DNA of 64,000 bases from Calcarisporiella thermophila CBS 279.70 (GCF_041956535.1 NW_027192205.1:372085-436084), one strand, 5' to 3'. Positions 51,143 through 62,609 are shown, counted from the stretch's first letter. A program made the numbers and translations. The notes: generated by a model from the letters alone, not told the origin.

Positions 51143-52062
51143 AATTGATTTTAGATGTGATATTCCGAACGCTTTTCATTCTGAATATCCTTTAGGACAA
51201 CTGAGCAGGTGATTGTGTTTTGTTGGAACTTTTTAATTATCTTCTTAGTAGTGAAAATTTTTTTTTTTATATGGAGACTCTTTTCTCTGTTTTCTGTTTT
51301 TCTTTTTTCATTATTTTCTGTACAGGTATTGAAAAACCAATTCAAAATCATTTCTTTATACTTTAATCAAGTGATATACAGGGAAATATGCTTAAAGTTG
51401 AACATGGGATACACATAGATTACAGCATTAGCTTTTGAGTAGCCGTATCATAATTGTGTATACGATATACCGCAGTGGTAGATCAGATGACAGGTTGTTA
51501 ATTATAAAAACAAATCAATTAATCGGCTACATAGCATGAGAACAAAGCAGAGGAAAATTATAGCCGAGGAGAAAACTAAGGAAACAGGAAATGAAGATTT
51601 TGTAGTCCACAAAAATTAAGTGTATGTGAAACACAGTTTTAAAATAGCTGAGGCCAGTCTTTCAGAAGAGTGTGTGCTAACCCTTTTTGAAGGAATCCAC
51701 TTAACTACTCTTCTTTTTCACTTCAACAGCTTACTCTATTACCAAGAATATTTACAGCAATTGCCTGTTGTTTCATTTTTCAATGTTTTTCTTTTTTGTT
51801 TCCATTTTTAATAGATAGTTTGAATTTATTCCATTTTTTGTTTCATCCCTTTATCGTAGCTCACTTTGATCTTATTGCTTTCTTTCTTCCTGCGCCTATC
51901 CTCACTTTTATACCGTTTTCCTCCCTCCCCCTCCCGATACTCTCACAGCATCATACAGTTTCTCAATCCCGCTGTAAACCGTAAAGATCATCCGAGTTCT
52001 GTTCTTTGCCATTTCAATCACTTACACTGTTTAATGACTTGATTTTATTTTGACAGAATAGG

Positions 52063-54440
52063 ATGCAATCTGTTCAAGAAGATCCCAACTTAGTTGAAGA
52101 TCAAACACGCAAACGCGAATCGACAGAATCAGCATCATCTACTGACTCAAATTCTTCTCATACATCTGATCAGAGTAACGCCAGTTCCTCTTCCAGTATG
52201 GAGTCCTCCCCTACTAGCACATCTAAAAATTCCACCGCACCACACGATGTTTCAATTAAAATTGACGCTCCTGAACCGAAGATCATCACCACATCCTCAC
52301 TGTTCTGGGTACCAGCAGATCAGCATCCAGAAATTGCTCCTACAGAGTTTGCAAACTGGTTGCGTGAACATGGTTACTTGAATATTGATAGTAAACGCCC
52401 TCTAAGAAGGAAGAAGTCAATCCTATCGCGGCAAGTACGTCCATCAGCAGAAGACGATGAGGAGGAAGAAAAAGAGGACAGGAATAAAAGCAAAGCTCCT
52501 CAGCTCCCCTCAATCCCTGATCGTCCATCTTATGAGAACGATGGGGTTCATTTATATGATATTGATAATTTGACATCGGAGTCGGCTGCACTTGTGAACA
52601 TTTTAAGAAGAAGCCTCAGTATGCAACTGCCAGCAGAGAGCACCTTAGGTATGTGTATAAAGTATGTATTTGAGAAATGTGCAAATGCTAATGTTCATTC
52701 CTTTTAGAACCTACTTCAGAAGCAATTGATACTTTTGACCGCTTTTCCTCTCCGGATGCCAATTCTCGTGTGATCGTGCCTCGCACTGAAGGCGGCACTC
52801 TACTCAAACGTTCACAAGCGACAAAAATTCGTCGCCGCTCCACTGCCTCACCTGATGGCGAAACCCTCCGTAGGTGGTCTCGACGAAGGTCACGTTCGAT
52901 TTCCCCGGTAGCAGATAAGCGCATAGGAGGAGCTGGTGGAATGCATGCTTCTACTGATGCTATTGAAAAGAATGCGGAGGAGAAGGAGGAACCAAAAGAG
53001 AACGTTTCGCCCCCTGGAGATCAGAGCACGTCTATTAAGACAAAGACCGATCAGCAAGTGATGCCTCCGAGTCCCTTCGTCTCACGCCTTAAACAACCAG
53101 ACCCGCCAGTAATTCATTTGGGGCCCGATCGAACAGAAGAGAAAGAGAATGAGAAAGACGCAGCGGAAAGTTCTCCTGCGGCATTAGATATGCCCTTATC
53201 AGTTCCCACTGTCGCCCCGAGTTCAATCACTACTCCTGCTCCTGCTCCTGCTCCTGCAATTGTTCCTACTCTAGTCTCCACTAATGCCACTGGTCCTGCT
53301 TCAGCACCAGCCTCAGTTGCTCCTGCAAGCGCCAACAGGCATTCGCTCACCGCTCCAGTCACACTGGAAAGGCCCAAGTCTCCCACTTCTCATAAAAAGA
53401 GTTGGTGGCCTTTTACATCCGAGGAGAAGGACAGTAAATCAAAAAAACCCAAGGACGAAAAAGAAAAAGGGCACACCGAAGCATCCGAAAACAAACGCCA
53501 ATCGAAACTCTCATTGCTATTCTCGCTTACCAGCTCCAAACCTCGATCCACAGAAGTCAGCACAACCGCTATTAACAAGCCTCTAGATAAGAACTTGCGG
53601 AAACAAATCAATACAACATCACCTTTTGTATGCCGTCTTCCTTTGCATGTAGAGCGTGCAATTTATCGACTTTCTCACTACAAGCTCTCGAACCCCCGGC
53701 GCCCATTGCTTCATCAAGTTTTGATCTCGAACTTTATGTTTTGGTACCTCTCAGTAGCCAATCAGCAGCCAGTACGAGGTGCCAAGCCAGCAGCCAATGG
53801 AGCCGGGGGGGCACGCGGAGGAGGGACAGCGGCCCGGGGAGGAAACTCAAATGCCTCGAAAATGCGTAGCAAATCTCCCATGAGAATGGAAACTACTGGG
53901 GCAGGCGGTGGTAGGTCCAAGGAGATCTCAAATGCCCCTAGGTCTTATCCATCCCCACGACATCTCGGAGATTCGGGGTCGCGTCAGGTTGTAGGTATAC
54001 TTCAAACGCCGAGTAGCCCGTATGCTCGTGGTCGCTCTCCTTCACCAGACCCTTCTCGAAAACGCACGAACGTGCATAGCAATCATACCGAGGAAAGCGA
54101 TGATGAAGATGATGAAGATGACGAAGCAGAAGACTCGCCAGAAGAGCATTCAAATGAACAAAAGCGAAGAGTTTCGGTGAACGATCCAAATGGCGGTCAT
54201 GTTGATAATGGCAATGGCAAAGCGAGCATGGACAGAAAGAGTGTTTCGCGCACATCAATGCCTCCACCAGGCAAGAAACCTAATGCAGTCCCGCAGATGA
54301 AACAACCCGTGCGCCCACGACTTGTGAACACTTCGTCGCGGCCATCTGGCGCTAAGTCTGGTCGAGTAGAAGACGACGACGATATGCCATTAGCGATTTA
54401 TCGAAAACAAGAAAACTCTCGAACAAAAACCCGATATTAA
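52063..54440 (+). CDS. Zds1-like PP2A-Cdc55 regulator; 2 coding exons
   Basis: LFWVPADQHPEIAPTEF..W, LRRKKSILSRQ, and Zds_C domain RLPLHVERAIYRLSHYKLSNPRRPLLHQVLISNFMFWYL. Confidence 0.9.
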
Positions 54441-54757
54441 CTTTTTCTGCTTTCGAATTTGATTATCTATTCATAAGACTTTTTTTCATCTTTATTTTTG
54501 TTAGTTCAACTAATGCAACTTTTAAATCTTTTCGAAAAAAGTTTGAAGATGTTCTATTTAAAATTCCTCGCTTTTTTTAACCATTACATCATGTTTTTAG
54601 CACCTTTTCTTCACTCACGATCTCCTCGCCTCTCTTATTTCATATGCTTTAGATGCTTTATATAAATGTAAAAGAACAATATAAAAAAATTAAATATTAC
54701 ATTTTTTTTTTACAAACGAGACCTCTAAGCGTTACGGATATACAATATTAAGGATAT

Positions 54758-56494
54758 TCAAAAATAATCCAGATCTTCCGCTCGCCGCAGCAGCTTTGCC
54801 GATGTATGGGATATAGGGGTAGCGGCTCCATCCTCATCTATGCCCTCTGAGGCTGCAATGTTTGTCTGCCTCGGTTTACGAGGATGTGCAGCATCTCCAT
54901 GTGATACCATGCGGAACTCCTCTACTTCTTCATGACTCCTCAGGTATAATTGAACCTCAAAGTTGCTAAGAGGCACTGTCTCTCCCTCTGTTTTATAGTC
55001 TGGCCTAGGACCGCCTCCCTCTTTCACACGGAACTCAGCCAAACGATCCAATAATGAGGGCAAATTTCTCGCCTGTAATTCTTGCTCAGGCACACCACGA
55101 AGTACCAGCTCCATGAGAACAAAGGTTTCATCGTCCAATGCGTCCGAGGTGGCGTCGTCATCATGGAGAGCGAGTTGGTACACTTGGTTAGAGTGTGCAA
55201 GTTTCTTTGCAAGTTCAAGTTTACGACTACGTGATGCTGCCTGGTTGCGAGAGCGCACAAAAGAAGGTGGCTCTTCGGAAATACGGTGTAATTGTGCTTT
55301 CCCATCATCCCTTTGGTAGTATTTCTCGAATCCTAGATTTTCTCCGTCATCAGCTGCATTTGATTCATTGAGCAGTAGTTCCTTATCCTCTTCTCCTGCG
55401 CTGAATATTCCTGATTGTTCCAACAGACTGGCAATATCTGACTCCATCTTCATCTGACCTGAGAGTTCCATTTCGCCCCGAGTTGCTCTGATAATCAGTC
55501 CACGAATCTCCCTATATCTCAAAAGCACTGTCTCTGCCCCAAGGCCCAGCGTTTGCGCAGCCCAAAACAATATCGGCCTACTAACTTTTCTATGCCCATA
55601 AGCCTCCCAGCCTAGCAACAGACAGGCCATTGCTAGACAATAAGGATCCCTTCCACACGCGTATCCGCTGTCGATTGCGTATTTGTAAAGTTTTAGGGCC
55701 AAGCTGCACACTTCTTGCAAAGGGGGCACACCGAGTCGAGTAGAGATTGAGTGGGCAGCAGGCTGAAAATGAGCATGGTCGAGGAGTTGTTGGAGTGTGC
55801 GTTGAACCCAGTTAGTAAGGTCGGGCACCGGCATGTATATGGTGCCGAGTACGGACTGTATAGTGCGAAGTGCACGTGTGATTCTTTTAGGATCAATGTC
55901 TAGGATGGTCTGGGAAAAGATAGAAATTATTGACCAGATCAATTTGGAAACTTATTAAACAAGATGCTTACTGCGATCTCTTTGATGCGAACTGTTATTG
56001 CTTCTTGCTTTGCGATGTAGTATACACACGCACCAACCATTCCAGTAGTTTCAACTCCTGCACGAAAATTTTGTTTTTCTGCCACGGCTTGAATAGTGGC
56101 TTCTATGCGAGGTAGAATCCTGCTGATCTTGAGTCGCATACAAACGAATTTTGCCGTGTCCATTTCCATTTTCTACAGGCAGGATTATTAGATTATAAGC
56201 TGATTTCGAAAGAAAATGGAAGCAGACTGTTACCTTTTTTTTTAAATGACGCCTTTCCCTCTGAGTAAAGCTGTCATTGCCCCTCATTGTTGCATTTAGC
56301 TTGGGTAATCTCATCTGCACACGATTCTGGACATTGGTCACAAAGCTGCCTTGGCCTTGAGCTACTTCCCTTGCAGAGTCGTCAGCAAAAAGTGCTGAAT
56401 CAAGTAGTATGCCGCACTGAGAACAAGCAGTTTCACCACTTTCCGAGATTATCTGCTTGGCCACTTCATTTTGACAGTTGGGACAGTATGGCAT
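54758..56494 (-). CDS. TFIIB-related Pol III factor, Brf2-like; 3 exons
   Basis: Zn ribbon CPNC...CSQCG, two cyclin folds (GACVYY; CGRDPYCLAMACLLLGWE), PPSF pin, and a short TBP-anchor-like LSNFEVQLYLRSHEEVEEF. Confidence 0.8.
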
Positions 56495-56534
56495 GTTGGA
56501 GTTTTTTTTATTAATATGGAGCAAAGAGAAAAAT

Positions 56535-56542
56535 CAGTCACA
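56535..56542 (+). promoter_or_regulatory. Homol D-like box CAGTCACA upstream of the Brf-like gene
   Basis: Exact octamer 40 bp upstream of the ATG, in the same orientation relative to the gene as at DBP7. Confidence 0.4.
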
Positions 56543-56808
56543 AAATACCATTTATTCAGTTACTCTTTACGTATACTAAAAAATAATAAGATTTGAAGCT
56601 CAAATACAAAGCTATAGCCTATATGATAACTTTTTCCTGTCACTCGGGGTTTTCGGTTACAATCTTTGAAGTTTCCAAGAAAAATATCTCATAAGAAGGG
56701 AAAAAAAAATATAAAATGCATTAAGAACTAAGAAAAATTTCCTTATAAGAAGTAATAAAAATTACAGTGCAAAATTAAGAATCGGTATAAACTGTATCAA
56801 GTGAGAGC

Positions 56809-59800
56809 TTAACCTCGATTTCTCCGCCAGTTGTGGTGATTCCGTCCACGACTGTCATTTCCACGTCTCCACGAATCCCCTCTTCGTTCCCTTTGGGAAT
56901 GTGAGGAGTGTCCCCGATCCCAAGATTCTCTGTTATCATGCCATTGAGGTCTATTCGTGGTTTGATTTATCTGAGGCTGCGTCGGGAGCTGCCAAGCATT
57001 TGGCACGTAAGCTGGCGGTGCAGCGGGAAAAGGTGCTGGTCTATATTGGGCGGCGTATGTTGGTGGTTGTGGGGGCGGTAGTGTTTGTTGAGGATAAAAT
57101 GCAGGCGTAGATTGGTTATGAGGAAGTGGATTAGGAATGGTTTGGTGATTTTGAGGCGCGATGATTGATTTTATGAGATTCTCCATTTGTGGTGGTAGAT
57201 TCATGGCCGGATTCTGTTGCTTCTGTTGGTATACCTCTTGGACTTGTTGGATCAGATTAGGATTCAATCGCAAGAGCTCCTTCAGATCGATCTGAGCAAG
57301 TGCCTGTATTGGAGTGGGAGTAGAAAAGGGGGGAACTTGGGGAGCTATCGAGTTGCTTGAGCTTGTCAATTGAGGTTGTGGTAGCATCTCTGGGTCGTAC
57401 TCATCGTCATTGTTTAACTGGGGCGTGCTCCCTTGGCTTTGAGGAGTGATGTCGTGCTGTGAGTCGGGTAGTCTGTCCACGTAATTATCGTTGGGACTGT
57501 ACGAAGAGGCTGGATTGCTGGGCAAGGGGCGCTTCACTTTCATGGGCTGCTGTTTCCTCCTCGGAGAGCTTTTGTATGCGACCAACACCACAATTAATGT
57601 CATTTGTTGTCGTTGCTCTTGTATATTGTTAGGAATGGACGCGATGAACTCAGGTATAGGGCTGTCGGGTGGAAGTGGCACGAGGTATGAATCTTTGACG
57701 AGATTCTTATCTCGCGACTCAATGACACCATAGCGATCCTTCGCGTGGAGATACGTCGCAATCATGTTATATTTCAAGGCTTCTCCCTCCAGGGCGTGCA
57801 TTTCAAGCGCAAATACATCTTTATTCGGAGCGTATACTTCTGTTATGAGGTGCTCGGACACTGCACTGACAGGGGCACGTCCTTTGACGTGAAGTTTGTT
57901 GGGCAGCATCTTTTGCCAGCGCTCTTGGTCATTGATGAAATTGCCCGCTACTTGCACTAGCTTGATGCGCGACTCGGCCACATCGGGGAAGGTTAGAAGG
58001 CCATTCCAGACCTCCTGCCCGTCAAACTTGACCGGGCCTGGCTCGGGAGCAATTGGCGTTGTACTCTGGCTGACCTTCAGAATGGGGCGCGGCTTCGGCT
58101 GATCAGGCTTGGTCGAAGTGGAGGAAGTGCTCGCCTCTGCGGACTTGTTCATATCTCTAATGGCAGCCAATGCAGGATCCTCGCTCTCGCTCAACGTGCT
58201 ACCAAGTTTATCCAGGCTGGATCGGGGCTGACCCGTTCTGGACCGTTTGGGAGGTGGCGGGCCATCACTGTCGGGTAACCACGCGCTTGAATCATCCCTC
58301 TGGGGAGATGGGTGATTCATGTTTGCTTTAGAAATGACTTCTTCAAAAGCATCCAATTCATTCTTGCCATTATCCACAGACACATTACGAATTCTTCTCT
58401 CTATGGATTCCGGTTTTTCCAACTCTTGCTCAAGAATGGGTTTTATTTGGGGTTCGTAATCGGGTTCAACCATCACGTCACCCTTATGTGTTTTTTTAAT
58501 GACCGCGGCCTGCATTGATTCTCGGATGACGGCCTCCTTGAGACTTTTCTGCCGGATGGCTTCAGCCTTTGCTTTCTGCTCTTCGTTCGCCATTTGGCTC
58601 GCGTCCATTGCCACAAGCTCGGCAGGTTTGATCTTTCCCTTGATCAGAAAGTTAAGCAGCTCCGGGTTGTGTTTGAGATTGATCAACAGACTACGCCCCT
58701 TCTGCTTGTAGTTGATGCCAACGACGGGTGGTTTGTTTGCTTCACGATGGGCAAGCTGGATGAACATTTCCATCTCAATTGCGGCAGCTAGCGCATCTGC
58801 TCGTTCTTTCGGCGTTGTTTTCCGTCTCGCTCGCCTGAGAAGGCGACAGTGGGTTCTTTTCAATGGCATCTAGCATGATCTTAACAAACTCCTCGAGAAT
58901 CTTCTTTCGGACCGCATCTTCGGCTACGGAGGGCGCAGGGACGAAAGCGCCGGAATCCAAATCGCCCGGCTTGCTCGACTTATCAACGCTGGACTTCCGA
59001 GAATTTGCTGGAGATGCTGGCTTCTGGCTAGTCTCCTTTGTAGTGTCTTGCACGTTGGAGTTGGCCCTTTGCGCTTTGAGGCGCTCCTGGAAGATAAGAT
59101 CCCCATGTTTGACCGCGCAGAGGGGCGAGCAATACTTGCCGTCGTGTTCCTTCTTCGCCTCGTTAGAGCAACCAGGGAAATGGCACATTACGGGTGAGTT
59201 CTCGGGCTAACATAGAAAAAAGTAATCTTTTAGTTTCCTATTTTTTACTTAGAGTGCCAACTTCATCTACTTACTGTATATCGCTTGGCGGCTCGCGCAG
59301 TACGCTTAGATCTGCGACTTTTTGACGAAGAGTCGACTGAAACTTGGTCTATATGTTTAATAGCAAGAGGAATAGGATCATCAGTAAGTGCTTCTTGAAG
59401 GGGAATAAGCAATTTATTAAAAGAAGACAGTGGGAATATTCTATCTCATCAATGTCCCTCCTCTTCTCCTCCACCCAACTCTAGCTTCCATGGCCCTCTT
59501 AACAATGGCATATCTCGGGAAGTAGAGCTATGGGTTGGCTTAAGCCTGTTTGTATTCAAATGAAGGAGCCATCTCTTTAATGATCACCATCCAAAAACCG
59601 GACGATCAGCTTATTAATAAAAGACGAAGGAGAAAGAGGGGGCTGTAAAATAATGGGCCAGCGTGTAGAAATTGGCATTGCCAATCAGCATGTTCCCATG
59701 AGGAGTTGATTTTCCTCAATTTATCCCCTCCAGTTTGTGTTCAATTCCAACCACTGTACTCCAAAATTTTTAACAGAAACGAATATTGAAAGCAAAACTC

Positions 59801-60615
59801 ACCTAAGGTACTTGGATTATCCTCAGTGGATTCACAATTGAAGCAATGCCATACGTCCATCTCTTTAGATTGTCGCTTAGTAACCCCAACACATTGGCCA
59901 TGATACCTATCGTAAAAACACAAGATCAGAGTTTGGTTAGCCGATGCCGAGAAAAGTATGAAACAGAAATTTGGATGGGATTTGTATCGGTCGTCGCAAG
60001 ACCGAAAAAAAACACTAATACACACCATTCATCGCATTTATCGCATTGAATCATAAATTTGCCAGTATCAGGCTTCTTACAAATGCAATAGAGAATTTCA
60101 GAGTCATCAATATCCTTATCTTCATCTTCATCATTTTCTGGTTCTTCCTCGACGTCAGAAGTTTCTTGTGTTTGTTGGATTTTAGATTTTGCTCTCCTTG
60201 AGGGTTGACGTCTTGGCTGTTGCACATTGATATCTTGTTGAACGTGCTGCAACTCATGATTGAGATCTGCATTCAGAGAATTATCAACTTTTGAATTGGT
60301 ATCCGAATTTGTGCTTGACTGAAAGACAAGATGAGGGGCAACAAAAGCTTCCGAAGCTAGTTCCTCATTGTTAATCCATCGATCATTTGAGTCAGCTGTG
60401 CTGGAGTTTCTTGACATTACTGTGTTAGAATTCGACCTAGGTAAAGCATCTTCCTCCATATGAACCAGATCAGATGAGCTTGATGAGGATTGTGTTGTCG
60501 CTCTATCGGCCGATCGATTATTGTGAGAAATATGAATCAGATTTTCGCTGTGGACAACGGGAGATACTACTGGCTTATTCAAAACGTTTTCCATCAGGTA
60601 ATTATCGATTTCCAT
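56809..60615 (-). CDS. BYE1: Bye1/DIDO/PHF3-family transcription factor (PHD + TFIIS central + SPOC) with an apparent +1 frameshift near 58800-58869
   Basis: PHD YCICKK...MIQCDKCDEWYHGQCVG...WHCFNC. TFIIS_M YKQKGRSLLINLK.NP.L...I.P.ELV.M...MAN and KKTHKG. SPOC VWNGLL...LHVKGR...YL..KDRYGV..VKDSYLVPL. Confidence 0.88.
59374..59458 (-). ncRNA. Candidate intronic box C/D snoRNA in BYE1 intron 2
   Basis: C-like TTGATGA (59452-59446) and D box CTGA (59384-59381) span 72 nt. The flanks GGGACA and TGATCC(T) can pair with one bulge. No target was verified, and the CTGA may instead be the branch point. Confidence 0.25.
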
Positions 60616-60999
60616 TATAGGAATTAAAGAAATCGAATGTGGGATAGGAAGAAATATAAAATGGAAGGGCAAAGAAGAGAAAAAAAATTAAAGGGCAAGA
60701 AAAAAAAAGGGAAAATGGAAAAAAAAAAATGCAGATTCTCCTCTCCTCACAAAAAGAAGCAGACTAAATGGAGTGAAATTTATATACAAAGGGCGTTATA
60801 TTGTCACCGGCGAAGCCAAGAAAAAAAGCGTTCGATTATACTTCTAGCTCAAAAGAAACAATCACGGGTTTTAAAGATGTTGTTCAGCTGATAAGTGGAA
60901 ACAAGAGAAAATTTAACGCCTTCAAAACAATGACGTAAGCATTTCAATTTTATTGGTAATTGCTGTGAGAAATTGGAGTAATTGTAAAATTTGATTAGG

Positions 61000-62001
61000 C
61001 ATGCCGTATTTAGAAATCAAAGAATCGATTCGGTTAATAGGGTTGTTATGCTCTTTGAGTACTGAGAAAGTAAATTTTCTATCGATGCTCAAGTAGATGA
61101 ACTTAGAGAGACTGTAGCAGGCCTCGAATGCTTGGATCAGAAAGTAGGGACGTCTTTTCATAGGCCTTCAAGAAACACTGCTCGCCCAGTTTTAACTTTG
61201 GTTGTGAAGCTCCAATTCGAACAGGACAGCATTGGGAGACAAGTCTATACTCCTTCACCCAATACACAATGGGTATACATTATTTGAGGAGAGGTCCCTC
61301 TTGAAGGAGCAATACACGGCCATCCTAAATTCTGAAAGCCAATCTACGCCTTAATAGATATCTGCGGAGATGGCCAGTCAGCATCATTACCCTTATGTGG
61401 GAAACCACAGCAACTGTATTGCAAAGAGTGTAATTATATTGGTTAGCTTGATGAAAGACCATATCTTCATTAGCTCCGTTGGCCCCGCATCTGGGGAAGA
61501 TACATACCATCCCATTGTCTTCAAACCAGAATTCTAGCGAGGCCGAGGATACATTGCAATCATACGGCGATTTTGCCTAGATTTGGATATTTCTAGGATA
61601 GGTTTTAGGGTAGTGTATACCTTTAGGTAGGTTTTCGGGGGTAGGTTTTAGGGTAGGTTCTAATCTCTTGAGGAGAAGGAAGCGCTTTGCTGGAGATTTT
61701 ATGGAAAGATGCTGCACATGCTGCACATCCTTTGCACTAAAAATGGGGACTCGAGCCCGGATATTGGCGGAGTATTTGACGTACAATTTCGGGTTAAAGA
61801 CCAGAGATATACATATGAAACTGTTCTGACCAATCAATTTCTAGTATTCTCTTACCTGATGTTTTCAGGATTCCTTCATCGTAATCCAAAGTCTCGGTAG
61901 AAACGAAGATAACCCATGTTCCCCCGTTGTGCACTCCTCCTAGCTGGGTGAGTTGGATCTTGTATCTCTTCTAGAACCAGGAACTGGGCTATGTCGTTCA
62001 T
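61000..62001 (-). pseudogene. Degenerate gene or transposon relic
   Basis: Coding-like GC with short, stop-interrupted frames. It retains a canonical intron (GTATGT donor at about 61507, GCTAAC branch, TACAG acceptor at about 61413). Boundaries are approximate. Confidence 0.3.
61599..61659 (+). repeat. Short imperfect repeat of TAGGTTTTAGGG (telomere-like)
   Basis: Copies at 61599-61610, 61628-61641 (variant) and 61642-61653, with a partial copy at 61654-61659. Confidence 0.6.
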
Positions 62002-62096
62002 TATCAGGAGTGACTGCGGAAATGAGAAGACGCGTTGGAATATAAATAGGGACACCAGATTTTTTTGAGAGGATGTAAAATACAACTCACTGAAAA

Positions 62097-62609
62097 ATGA
62101 AGTATACTGTTATTTCTCTTCTCATCGCAACTCTCTTTGGAACCCTGCAAGTTCATGCCGCGCCTGTTGCTTCAAACGACGATGGATATGAAATCACCAA
62201 TAAAAACGCGATCGAGCGTAGGCAGTTTGGACCGGTGTTAGGGGCGGTGGGAAATACAGCTGCTGAGGTTGGAGTAGGTAGCATACTAGGCGGTACTTTT
62301 AATGGACCAGGAGCTGTTGGAAATGGGATCGTGAGAGTAGCTAAAGCAATCGACCCTACCATCCCCGACGAGGTTGGAAGTGGAGGCCTTACTTTTGTCG
62401 GCAAGCCGTTTGGTCCCAGCTTTAAGGAGGCCCTTGACAGGGCAAATGAAAGAATTCTTCTAAGCCAGCCAGATGGCACGTTTCTGCCTAAAACCAAAAG
62501 CGCCATCCCCGGTCAGGCCGATACATTTAAGGAAATGGTGAAAGGAGGCAAACGAGTGCCCATCATCGAAGTTGGACAAAACCTAAGGCCAAGGAAGAAC
62601 CGCGCATAA
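62097..62609 (+). CDS. Small secreted prepro-protein (signal peptide, Kex2-type RR site), intronless
   Basis: MKYTVISLLIATLFGTLQVHA|APV..., pro-region ending AIERR, then a Gly-rich mature part starting QFGP. A TATAAAT element lies at 62041. Confidence 0.8.
   Translation: MKYTVISLLIATLFGTLQVHAAPVASNDDGYEITNKNAIERRQFGPVLGAVGNTAAEVGVGSILGGTFNGPGAVGNGIVRVAKAIDPTIPDEVGSGGLTFVGKPFGPSFKEALDRANERILLSQPDGTFLPKTKSAIPGQADTFKEMVKGGKRVPIIEVGQNLRPRKNRA

Noticed and set aside
49437-51212. Poly-Arg, poly-Ser, His-rich and Val-rich ORFs in the track
   Set aside because: These are alternative-frame or antisense shadows of the low-complexity RPP1 and GAR1 coding sequences.
57300-59200. Raised GC in the BYE1 3' exon as possible foreign DNA
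   Set aside because: It encodes ordinary eukaryotic TFIIS_M/SPOC domains, and neighbouring long exons (ZDS-like, DUG2) are also GC-richer.
59425-59440. ATATTCCCA resembling the snR30/U17 m1 element, plus a short rRNA-like match (ATTCCCACTGTC)
   Set aside because: The m2 element AAACCAU and the H/ACA layout are absent. A 12-nt match is not significant.
59349-59802. TPP riboswitch, RNase P/MRP, SRP or telomerase RNA identity for the structured intron
   Set aside because: None of the diagnostic conserved motifs or a telomere template could be found by eye.
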